Under the pieces are notes generated by a model. That model had not been told where the DNA came from and did no database searches. It worked only from the letters and a program-made list of their open reading frames with translations. 20,814 nucleotides of DNA from Candidatus Brocadiia bacterium. Its GTDB lineage: Bacteria; Planctomycetota; Brocadiia; SM23-32. This document shows positions 1-7,893 of this stretch, in pieces (position 1 is the stretch's first letter; each line of letters opens with the position of its first letter). The DNA is taken from contig JBKHIT010000073.1 of assembly GCA_046538485.1 (NCBI GenBank), positions 1-20,814 of the forward strand, in the 5' to 3' direction. A program made the translations under genes and the position numbers.

Positions 1-10
1 TTGAATACAT

Positions 11-38
11 AAAAGCCGCCCGCCGGGTGGCGCACTTT
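11..38 (-). terminator. Possible weak intrinsic terminator after the GbsR-family gene
   Basis: Minus strand reads GCCACCC-GGC-GGGCGGC-TTTT. The stem has one mismatch, a 3-nt loop and only a short U tract. Confidence 0.25.
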
Positions 39-48
39 CATCTTGCAT

Positions 49-79
49 CTAACCACTAGCAACTAACCACCAGCAACTA
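49..79. repeat. Heptamer tandem repeat with a 14-bp higher-order unit
   Basis: CTAACCA CTAGCAA CTAACCA CCAGCAA CTA, read directly, abutting the stop codon at 80-82. Confidence 0.8.
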
Positions 80-577
80 TCAGAAAAACCGCCTCACCAA
101 CCCGTAAACCTTATCCAAATTTTTCAGTGCTTTATCGACTTTTTTGTCAAGATCGCGCACGTCCTGGAGTCTCTCCCGGTAGAAGCGGCGTTTTTGCTTG
201 TCTTCGACCGATTCCAGATCCTCCTCGGCGTTGTCGATGACACGCCGCATGGCGTCCATCCGACGCGTCAGACCGTTCTGCAGGCGATCGATCACGATTT
301 CGGGGACGTCGCGGTTGGCCTCGTAGTAGTCTTTGCGGTCGCCCGGCACGCAGGCTTTCCGGGCGGCACCCCAGCGTTCGAGTTCGCGCACGTTCATGCT
401 GGCGTTGCCCTTACTCATCTGGCAGGCGTCGGCGATATCGCTCAGCGACATGGGGTCGGGGTTCATATACAAAAGCGCGTAAATCTGCCCCACGGACTTA
501 TTGAGGCCCAGGTCGCTGGCCAACTCACCCATCTCGTGGATGAATCTGTCGCGTATCGGATCAGTTTCTTCAGTCAA
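80..577 (-). CDS. GbsR/MarR-family winged-helix transcriptional regulator
   Basis: GLNKSVGQIYALLY...MSLSDIADACQMSKGNASMNVRELERWG...GDRKDYYEA fits the GbsR-family wHTH. Start moved to the in-frame TTG at 577 because AGGAGG lies 5 nt upstream and the longer ORF would overlap the promoter. Confidence 0.88.
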   Translation of the reverse strand: MTEETDPIRDRFIHEMGELASDLGLNKSVGQIYALLYMNPDPMSLSDIADACQMSKGNASMNVRELERWGAARKACVPGDRKDYYEANRDVPEIVIDRLQNGLTRRMDAMRRVIDNAEEDLESVEDKQKRRFYRERLQDVRDLDKKVDKALKNLDKVYGLVRRFF

Positions 578-606
578 TCTTGCCTCCTGAGCGGGGTAAT
601 ATTGAT

Positions 607-626
607 CGTTTAATATGTATTGAACG
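607..626. promoter_or_regulatory. Imperfect palindrome, candidate autoregulatory operator
   Basis: CGTTTAATAT/GTATTGAACG (8 of 10 symmetric), between the -10 box and the SD of the regulator gene. Confidence 0.6.
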
Positions 627-635
627 TTACGAACT

Positions 636-664
636 ATCATACCGGTGGCAGTCAGAGATGTCAA
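636..664 (-). promoter_or_regulatory. Sigma70-type promoter of the GbsR-family gene
   Basis: Minus strand TTGACA (664-659), 17-nt spacer, TATGAT (641-636). Confidence 0.8.
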
Positions 665-736
665 GGGGGAAATGGCGGGAGGTTAGTTTTAGTTGTCGAA
701 CGACAGTTACTGAACGGGATCTGCCCTGCCGCAGCG

Positions 737-790
737 GTCCCTTACGTCCCTTCTGTCCCTTACGTCCCTTCTGTCCCTTACGTCCCTTGC
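737..790. repeat. Six-copy 9-bp tandem repeat GTCCCTTNN
   Basis: GTCCCTTAC GTCCCTTCT GTCCCTTAC GTCCCTTCT GTCCCTTAC GTCCCTTGC. Confidence 0.95.
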
Positions 791-882
791 GGCACTTCTT
801 TGTGTGCACCGCAGGGTTGCTGCTGAACTGAGAGACGGATCGGGTAGCGTGAACGGCGAAACGGCAAACGACAACGGCAGGC

Positions 883-912
883 AAAGCGGTGGCAAGCCAC
901 CGCAGTCCAAAA
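883..912. repeat. REP-like palindrome
   Basis: AAA-GCGGTGGC-AA-GCCACCGC-AGTCCAAAA, with perfect 8-bp arms at 886-893 and 896-903. The REP assignment is an inference. Confidence 0.6.
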
Positions 913-1069
913 ACAGCATACGACGGAACGCTCCGTGGCCCGCGGAGGCGCAGAGAGACAGAGAACAAGAAACGGATAGAGAAACGACTCAGCGACTAAC
1001 GGCAAGGTGCGGCGCACTCCGGAAATTTTGCGATTTCCACCAGAAACCACTTAACCAGGAACCGGTAAG

Positions 1070-3733
1070 TCAATGCTGGTGGCGGCCGCAGCAGTTTTTG
1101 TATTTTTTGCCGCTCCCGCACGGACACGGATCGTTGCGACCCACCTTCTCGTCGGTCACGATCGTTTCCACCGGTTTAGTATCCCCGGCTTCCTGCGCCG
1201 CCGCCTTTTGCTGCTCGGCTTCCTCGGTAACGTCAAATTGCGCATGCTCCAGGGAACCTGTTTGCCAGACGTCCGCGATTTCGCGTTCTTCCCGTTCTTC
1301 CACTTCGACGCGGTAGAAGATCTCGGTGACGCGTTCGGCAATCGCCGCCATCATTTCATCGAACAGTTCACCGCCCTCGATCTTGTAAACAATCTTTGGG
1401 TCGTGCTGTCCCCAGCCCCGCAATCCGATTCCGCTTTTCAATTCGTCCATCGCGTGGAGGTGATCTTTCCAGCGCACATCGATGGTTCGGAGCATCAGGG
1501 ATCGGCCGAATTCCAGCAGGGGTTCTTCGCCGAACTCCTCGCATTTATCGTTCAGTATTTCCTCGGCGCGCTCGAACAGGTGGTCTTCGACATCTTCCAC
1601 TTTGTATTGTTTTTCAGGGGGAATTCGCGGGGGCTCACCAAATTTCCGATCGAACCAATCCGCCAGACCGGCAATATCCCATTCTTCCGGCACCTTTTTC
1701 GGGTCGACATAGACACCCAGACCGTCGACGATTGTATCTTCGGCGAGCACCAGCAGTTCCTGGTCGAGTCCCTCCCGGTTGAGTAGTTTCTGTCGCCAGG
1801 AATAGATCGTTTTGCGTTGTTCGTCCATCACTTCGTCGTATTCGAGCAGATTTTTGCGAATTTCAAAATTGTATTCTTCGACCTTTTTCTGCGCTTTCTC
1901 GATCCAGCGGGAGACCAATTTACTCTCCAGGGCCATACCCTCTTCCATCCCGGCTTTTTTGAGCCAGCCGCGCATGGATTCGGGCGCGAAAACCCGCATG
2001 AGATCGTCTTCGAACGAGACGAAGAACCGACTTGACCCCGGGTCGCCCTGTCGGCCGGCCCGCCCGCGAAGCTGATTATCGATTCGCCGCGCCTCGTGCC
2101 GTTCGGTGCCAACAATGTGGAGTCCGCCTTTTTCGGCGACTCCGGGGCCCAGCACGATATCCGTGCCTCGTCCGGCCATATTCGTCGCGATGGTGACATT
2201 GCCGGGTTGTCCGGCCTCGGCCACGATATCGGCTTCGCGGGCGGCGGCTTCGGGACGGGCGTTGAGTACATCATGTTGGATCCCTTTCCGAAGCAATCTA
2301 TCGCTGAGCATCTCGCTCTTCTCGACGCTGGTCGTTCCCACGAGGATCGGGCGCCCGGTTTCATGAACGTCCGCGATTTCCTCGGTAACAGCCTTCCATT
2401 TCTCATCCTGTGTTCGGTAGACCACATCCGGATGCTCTGTCCGGCGCAGCGGCAAGTTAGTCGGGATAACCACCACGCCCAGGTCGTAGATCTTATGAAA
2501 CTCCCCTTCTTCGGTCTTGGCCGTCCCGGTCATCCCGGCGAGTTTATCGTAGAGGCGGAAGAAATTCTGCAGGGTAATTGTCGCGATGGTTTGAGTTTCT
2601 TCCTTGAGTTTCAGGCCTTCTTTAACGGTTACGGCCTGGTGAAGACCGTCGCTCCAGACGCGTCCTTCCATAAGCCGTCCGGTGAACTCATCGACGATCA
2701 CGACCTCTCCGTCGCGCACGATGTATTGTTCGTCGCGGTTGAAGAACTCTTTGGCCCTGAGCGCGGTCTCAATGAAATGCGGCCATTCCTGTGCATCGAG
2801 GTTGTCGGCGCTGTGGATATTATCGACCCCCAGCATACGTTCCGCCAGATCCCATCCTTCCCCGGTTGGTTGACAGGTTTCTTCTTTTTCCTTGACTTCG
2901 TAGTGCTGGTCGGGTTTCATCGCGTCCGCCAGACGTTTGGCGGCGTAATATTTGTCAGATTGCTGGGTGACCGGTCCGCTGATGATCAGAGGAGTTCGCG
3001 CCTCATCTATCAGTATATTGTCGACCTCATCGATGATAGCGTAATGGAGTCCCCGGCTGAGCTGCGCTTGATCTTCGACCTCGTATTCCATGTTATCGCG
3101 CAGATAATCGAAGCCGAATTCGCTATTGGTTCCGTATGTGATATCGGACTCGTAGGCAGCGATTTTCTCATCTTTCGGCTGATGCGCCTGGACTGCTCCA
3201 GCGGACATACCCAGCAGATTGTAGAGAGGGCCCATCCATTGGCAGTCACGGCGCGCCAGATAATCGTTGACGGTCACAATATGGACACCGTCGCCTGTGA
3301 GGGCGTTCAAGTACGCGGCCAGCGTCGCCACAAGCGTCTTTCCTTCCCCGGTCACCATCTCGGCAATCATCTGGCGATGCAGGGCGATCCCGCCGAGCAA
3401 CTGCACATCGAAGGGTCGCATGGTGGGATACGGGCTATCGGGGGCAGGAGTCACGAGCGTTCGGCGGGCTGCTTCGCGAACATTGGCAAACGCTTCGGGG
3501 AGAATCTTTTCGAGGATATCCTGCTTTTCCTCAAAGCTTTTCGGCCCACGCAGCCGTTCTTTCCAACGTTCGGTCAATTCACGCAATTCGTGATCGCTTT
3601 TTTTCTGGAACGTGGGTTCCAGATCGTTAATACGGTCCAGCAATGGCATCATCTCACGAAGGAGACGTTCATTGGCAGAACCAAATAACTTCTGCGCGAA
3701 CTCAACGATTTTTGAGATTACTTCCGGAGGCAT
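1070..3733 (-). CDS. secA: Preprotein translocase ATPase SecA
   Basis: AEMVTGEGKT, VTVNDYLARRD, YGTNSEFGFDYLRDN, IIDEVDNILIDEARTPLIISG, ATNMAGRGTDI, QLRGRAGRQGDPGSS, and the C-terminal SEC-C zinc motif GRNDPCPCGSGKKYKNCC. Confidence 0.99.
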   Translation of the reverse strand: MPPEVISKIVEFAQKLFGSANERLLREMMPLLDRINDLEPTFQKKSDHELRELTERWKERLRGPKSFEEKQDILEKILPEAFANVREAARRTLVTPAPDSPYPTMRPFDVQLLGGIALHRQMIAEMVTGEGKTLVATLAAYLNALTGDGVHIVTVNDYLARRDCQWMGPLYNLLGMSAGAVQAHQPKDEKIAAYESDITYGTNSEFGFDYLRDNMEYEVEDQAQLSRGLHYAIIDEVDNILIDEARTPLIISGPVTQQSDKYYAAKRLADAMKPDQHYEVKEKEETCQPTGEGWDLAERMLGVDNIHSADNLDAQEWPHFIETALRAKEFFNRDEQYIVRDGEVVIVDEFTGRLMEGRVWSDGLHQAVTVKEGLKLKEETQTIATITLQNFFRLYDKLAGMTGTAKTEEGEFHKIYDLGVVVIPTNLPLRRTEHPDVVYRTQDEKWKAVTEEIADVHETGRPILVGTTSVEKSEMLSDRLLRKGIQHDVLNARPEAAAREADIVAEAGQPGNVTIATNMAGRGTDIVLGPGVAEKGGLHIVGTERHEARRIDNQLRGRAGRQGDPGSSRFFVSFEDDLMRVFAPESMRGWLKKAGMEEGMALESKLVSRWIEKAQKKVEEYNFEIRKNLLEYDEVMDEQRKTIYSWRQKLLNREGLDQELLVLAEDTIVDGLGVYVDPKKVPEEWDIAGLADWFDRKFGEPPRIPPEKQYKVEDVEDHLFERAEEILNDKCEEFGEEPLLEFGRSLMLRTIDVRWKDHLHAMDELKSGIGLRGWGQHDPKIVYKIEGGELFDEMMAAIAERVTEIFYRVEVEEREEREIADVWQTGSLEHAQFDVTEEAEQQKAAAQEAGDTKPVETIVTDEKVGRNDPCPCGSGKKYKNCCGRHQH

Positions 3734-3832
3734 GATGGTTAGCCGTCTGTTCCGATCTTCAGTTCAATTCATTCCAACGCCGCCCAAAGGCCCCTCCGTT
3801 TGTGGTCGCGGGCGGCGACTTCACCTCTGTTC

Positions 3833-3838
3833 ATTATA
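3833..3838 (-). promoter_or_regulatory. Possible -10 box for secA
   Basis: Perfect TATAAT on the minus strand about 100 nt upstream of the start, with no convincing -35. Confidence 0.35.
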
Positions 3839-3958
3839 AGAGAAATGGAAGGCAATTTCAGAACAAAGGGAGGATCAGACGCTTGTGAACCAGATCGCGG
3901 TTCTGCTTTGGGAGCACAAATAAGATGGACCGCGTGCATCGGATCCGCGGCACGGTTA

Positions 3959-3967
3959 TGCTATAAA
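3959..3967 (+). promoter_or_regulatory. Possible extended -10 promoter for cysQ
   Basis: TG-C-TATAAA about 45 nt upstream of the ATG. Confidence 0.35.
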
Positions 3968-4011
3968 AAAGGCGAGAGGCATATTTCAATAAACTTACGT
4001 GGTAGAGAACT

Positions 4012-4815
4012 ATGGAAAAATCCCTTTTAGACAAGCTGATTCCGTCGCTCAAAGATATCGCTCGGGATGCCGGTGCCGAGGCCCACAGAATTGCTCAAGG
4101 CCCGGTGGAAGCCGATAGAAAAGCCGATGGCTCGCCGGTTACCCGCGCCGATCGCGCATCACATCGTATCATCGTATCGGCCCTGGAAAAGCTCGCCCCA
4201 TCCCTGCCCATCATCTCTGAAGAAGGGGATCTGCCGAAACCCGGCAGAGATACTTTTCCCACCCAATTCTGGTTGATCGACCCGCTTGATGGCACCAAAG
4301 AATTTCTCAAGAAAAACGGAGAATACACGATTAACATTGCTGTTATTGAGGATAGCGCCCCGGTGCTGGGAGTTATTTACGCGCCGGCATTGGACGGACT
4401 TTACTGGGCAGCGGTGGGTATGGGAGCATGGAAACAGGAAGCGGGGGAAAAACCCATGCGTATCATGAGCAGTCGGGAAGGCCCTTTCACGGCCGCTATA
4501 AGCCGCTCTCACGCCTCGCCGGAGGTGGAATCATATCTTGGCCGGCTGGGAGTTGAGGAGGTCGTACGCTGCGGAAGTTCAATAAAATTATGCGCCGTTG
4601 CTGAGGGCAAGGCCGACATCTACCCGCGTTTCGGCCCGACGTGGCTCTGGGACACTGCAGCGGGGGCTATTATTGCGCGCGAAGGCAACGGAGCCGTGGT
4701 AGACCTCAACGGGGACCCGCTGAAATACGATCCCAACGACGATCTGAAACACAACGGGTTCATCGTTTATTCGCGGCTCTATGAAAATCAGATTACCTTG
4801 CCGGACGCAGGATAA
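4012..4815 (+). CDS. cysQ: 3'(2'),5'-bisphosphate nucleotidase CysQ (inositol monophosphatase superfamily)
   Basis: KADGSPVTRAD, ISEE, WLIDPLDGTKEF, SRSH, GSSIKLCAVAEGKADIYPR, WDTAAG. Confidence 0.95.
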   Translation: MEKSLLDKLIPSLKDIARDAGAEAHRIAQGPVEADRKADGSPVTRADRASHRIIVSALEKLAPSLPIISEEGDLPKPGRDTFPTQFWLIDPLDGTKEFLKKNGEYTINIAVIEDSAPVLGVIYAPALDGLYWAAVGMGAWKQEAGEKPMRIMSSREGPFTAAISRSHASPEVESYLGRLGVEEVVRCGSSIKLCAVAEGKADIYPRFGPTWLWDTAAGAIIAREGNGAVVDLNGDPLKYDPNDDLKHNGFIVYSRLYENQITLPDAG

Positions 4816-4862
4816 GCCCTGCAGAACATGCAGCAAAGCCGGTCTTAAAAAGCCTTTGGATT

Positions 4863-5501
4863 TCAAACCGCCGTATTCTGGATATCGGCCAAAATGATAG
4901 CCACATCGTCCTGAAGGTCGCCCGATGGGAGGCGGACAAGTTCCAGTAGGTCCTCGGCAGCCGCGTCGGGTTCGCCCCGCACGGCTGTCTCATGGATCGT
5001 TTCGGGTGCGGCGTAGCGAAAAAGGCCATCGGTGGCCACAAGGAGGCGTCCGCTGACCAGATATTGAAGAAACGGTCGCGGCATACCGGCACCAGAACCC
5101 AGAAACGGCGATTTTGTTTGCCCGGCGGTCAGGCGGAGGTAGGCCCCGGATGTGAATAACCAGGCTTCGCTATCGCCGATGCTCGCCCCCCGAATAACTT
5201 CGTGCCCGATTGCCACCACCACCGCTGTGGTCTGTCCACAGGTCGGCTTTCCAAAGATTTCTTCTCCGATATCCATGAGTTCCCTGACCCCATAGCCGCT
5301 TGTTTCCATGGCCCGAGCGCCGGGTGGCCGCTCTTCAATACCTTCGACAAGAGCATCGGCAGCGGCTTGCCCCCCGGGCATACCCCCTACCCCATCGGCG
5401 ACAACCAGGACAGTGGCTTCGGAGGTGTTAATGATTTCCGCCCGGTCCTCACAGATATGGCCGCCGGCCTCCACAAGGATCGCATGTTTCGTGACCGGCA
5501 T
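4863..5501 (-). CDS. PP2C/PPM-family Ser/Thr protein phosphatase, compact form
   Basis: Motifs CEDR, VVADGVGG, QTT, SIGDSE, VATDGL, QDDVAII. Start set at ATG 5501, which has AGGAG 6 nt upstream and avoids overlap with ftsK. Confidence 0.85.
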   Translation of the reverse strand: MPVTKHAILVEAGGHICEDRAEIINTSEATVLVVADGVGGMPGGQAAADALVEGIEERPPGARAMETSGYGVRELMDIGEEIFGKPTCGQTTAVVVAIGHEVIRGASIGDSEAWLFTSGAYLRLTAGQTKSPFLGSGAGMPRPFLQYLVSGRLLVATDGLFRYAAPETIHETAVRGEPDAAAEDLLELVRLPSGDLQDDVAIILADIQNTAV

Positions 5502-5533
5502 GGGAACTCCTGGAAGGGGATGTTGTAAATATC

Positions 5534-7825
5534 TTACTGGCCTTCGCCCCGGGCCTCTTCCCATTCTTCGAGAGTGAGCAGGACTTCCCGGGCCTGGCTT
5601 CCGCGGTGAGGCCCGACGATTCCATCCTCTGCCATCATATCAATAAGGCGGGCGGCCCGCGAGTACCCGACGCTGAGACGACGCTGCAATAAAGAAACCG
5701 ATCCTCTCTCTGTCTGGAGAATAATGCGCACGGCTTCGTCGTAAAGCTCATCGTCGTGGCTCTGGGGGTCGGTGGCTTTGGTACTGTATTCTCTCAATTC
5801 CGCTTTGAATTGAGGTTCGGCCTGGGCCGTCAGGAAATCGACAAGCCCGAGGGTTTCCTCTTGTGAGACAAAAGTGCCCTGTGCCCGCACAAGCTGGCTG
5901 CTACCCGGCGGGAGCATGAGCAGATCGCCGCGGCCGAGCAGCAATTCAGCTCCGTTCCGATCGAGGATAACCCGGGAGTTGACTTTTGATGATACCTGGA
6001 AAGCGATTCGGGCCGGGAGATTGGCCTTGATCAAACCCGTTATTACATCGGCGGAGGGCCGCTGGGTGGCACAAATCAGGTGAATTCCGACGGCACGGGC
6101 TTTCTGGCTGAGGCGGATAATGCTGTTTTCCACCTCATTGGCAGCCACCATCATCAGTTCGCCCAGTTCGTCAATAATAATAACAATGTGAGGCATATAA
6201 AACGGCACGTCGTCGATCTCAGCATCTTCCTCGGGCTGAAGGCGATTTATAATCTTCTTCTTGCCGAGCGTGTTGTATTCGGTGATATTTCGCACTCCGA
6301 CCTGTGAGAGACTGGAGAAGCGCTCATCCATTTTTTTGCACGCCCATTCGAGCACAGCAGCCGCCTTTTTCATATCGCTCAAAACGGGCGTGATCAGGTG
6401 GGGCAGTTCACGGTAATCGTTGAACTCGACCGATTTCGGATCGACCAGGAGCAGCTGGATTTCTTGCGGGGTCCGCGTCATCAATATGCTTGAGATGATG
6501 GCATTGATAGAAACGGATTTCCCGGCCCCGGTTGCGCCAGCAAGCAAGAGGTGCGGAGCTTTGGCAAGGTCCACGATAAGAGGATCACCTGCGGTATCTT
6601 TCCCCAGGAACAGAGGGATATCCATCCTGCCAACTTTGGCATCCATTGTCTCAATGAGCTCGCGCAGGGCCACAATTTCGCGTTGCGAGTTGGGGACTTC
6701 GATCCCGATGGTGCTTTTGCCGGGCAGCGGGGCCACAATCCGGACGTTGGGAGCTTTCAGCGCGATCGCCAAATCGTCGGCGAGCGATTCAACGCGTGAA
6801 ACTTTTGTGCCGGCAGCAAGCGACATTTCATACATCGTCACCACGGGCCCGCGTTGGACCCGTTCGACCTGACCGTCAATCCCAAACTCCTCGAGCGTCT
6901 GTTCAAGAATCTCCCCGCGCTGGCGAAGCGTCTTCTCATCGTCCCCCAGATCCTCGTCACTCGGTGTATCGAGAAGATCAATGGGAGGCAATTCGTAATC
7001 CTCGTCATCGAAGACCCCGTTCGAGGATTTTTGCCGCGGATCTTTTCCTTTTTTCACCGACTTTCTCGTCTTTGTCGGAGTCAGGACTTCTGGTTCGGAC
7101 TTTTTCTTTTTCTTACTGGTTTCCTTCGAATTTTCTTCAGGTTCTTTCTGTGGTTTTTTGGGGAGACTTTTTTCTACTTTTTTTTCTTTCTCTGGGACTT
7201 CAACGACCGTCTCAACGGTGGGGCCTTCAGGGGTAGCGGCAGCGGCGCGTCTTGCGTGCCGTTTCTCCAGAACAGTTCCCCATGCAGATTTTGCAAAAGA
7301 CACCAACCAGCTGAGTGGACGTATGGCAATCAGTAACGCTGAACCTGCGAGAAAAACGAGAGTCAGTCCGAGTGTCCCTCCCCAACCAAGTGTGTTATAG
7401 AGCCACTGGGTCAACATTGTTCCAAAAATTCCTGAAGACACCGCCGTCCGCCCCCAGTGATACGCTCCCGCCCCATCAGGGCCAGCCTGGGGAAATCCCA
7501 GCGCCAGAGCGAGGCCGACCAGCCCGAGAACGATGCCTGCGATTCTACCCGGCCATTCTTTCGGATCGCTTTCTGTCAGGAGACTAACGCCGACAAAAAC
7601 AAATGTTCCGGCGAACACAATCGAGAGCCAGCCAAAAAGCAGGAGGGCATGCTCAGAAACATACGCCCCCGCTGTCCCACAGATATTATGGATCCGCTCT
7701 GCGGGCGGATAATCGGGCATGCTCCCCTCGTGTGGATTATACGACAGGACACTTACCACCAGGAACAGGCCCAAACCGATCAGCAGGACACCCGAAACGA
7801 TGCGGGCATTTCTCAGTTTTTTCAT
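5534..7825 (-). CDS. ftsK: DNA translocase FtsK/SpoIIIE
   Basis: N-terminal multi-TM domain, Lys/Glu/Pro-rich linker, Walker A AGATGAGKS, LVDPK, IIIDEL, KARAVGIHLICATQRPS, GAELLLGRGD, and gamma domain SVSLLQRRLSVGYSRAARLID. Start is ATG 7825, or GTG 7834 as an alternative. Confidence 0.97.
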   Translation of the reverse strand: MKKLRNARIVSGVLLIGLGLFLVVSVLSYNPHEGSMPDYPPAERIHNICGTAGAYVSEHALLLFGWLSIVFAGTFVFVGVSLLTESDPKEWPGRIAGIVLGLVGLALALGFPQAGPDGAGAYHWGRTAVSSGIFGTMLTQWLYNTLGWGGTLGLTLVFLAGSALLIAIRPLSWLVSFAKSAWGTVLEKRHARRAAAATPEGPTVETVVEVPEKEKKVEKSLPKKPQKEPEENSKETSKKKKKSEPEVLTPTKTRKSVKKGKDPRQKSSNGVFDDEDYELPPIDLLDTPSDEDLGDDEKTLRQRGEILEQTLEEFGIDGQVERVQRGPVVTMYEMSLAAGTKVSRVESLADDLAIALKAPNVRIVAPLPGKSTIGIEVPNSQREIVALRELIETMDAKVGRMDIPLFLGKDTAGDPLIVDLAKAPHLLLAGATGAGKSVSINAIISSILMTRTPQEIQLLLVDPKSVEFNDYRELPHLITPVLSDMKKAAAVLEWACKKMDERFSSLSQVGVRNITEYNTLGKKKIINRLQPEEDAEIDDVPFYMPHIVIIIDELGELMMVAANEVENSIIRLSQKARAVGIHLICATQRPSADVITGLIKANLPARIAFQVSSKVNSRVILDRNGAELLLGRGDLLMLPPGSSQLVRAQGTFVSQEETLGLVDFLTAQAEPQFKAELREYSTKATDPQSHDDELYDEAVRIILQTERGSVSLLQRRLSVGYSRAARLIDMMAEDGIVGPHRGSQAREVLLTLEEWEEARGEGQ

Positions 7826-7863
7826 CTCGCACACCAGTACCAGAGTAATATTCTATCCGCTTT

Positions 7864-7893
7864 ATTGTAGTTCACGGATTCAACGCGGGGCAA
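7864..7893 (-). promoter_or_regulatory. Candidate sigma70 promoter for ftsK
   Basis: Minus strand TTGCCC, 18-nt spacer, TACAAT. Confidence 0.45.

Noticed and set aside
578..664. N-terminal extension of the GbsR ORF (start 664)
   Set aside because: It overlaps the -35, -10 and operator, and a strong SD supports TTG 577.
737..790. CRISPR array
   Set aside because: The units are 9 bp with no unique spacers, and there are no cas genes.
627..968. Minus-strand ORF with KGRKGQ repeats, and the other frames across the 9-mer array
   Set aside because: The peptide periodicity is a by-product of the DNA repeat. There is no clear SD, and the ORF runs through the promoter.
2096..3688. 530-aa plus-strand ORF, and 1073..1786
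   Set aside because: Antisense shadow of secA with no recognisable motifs.
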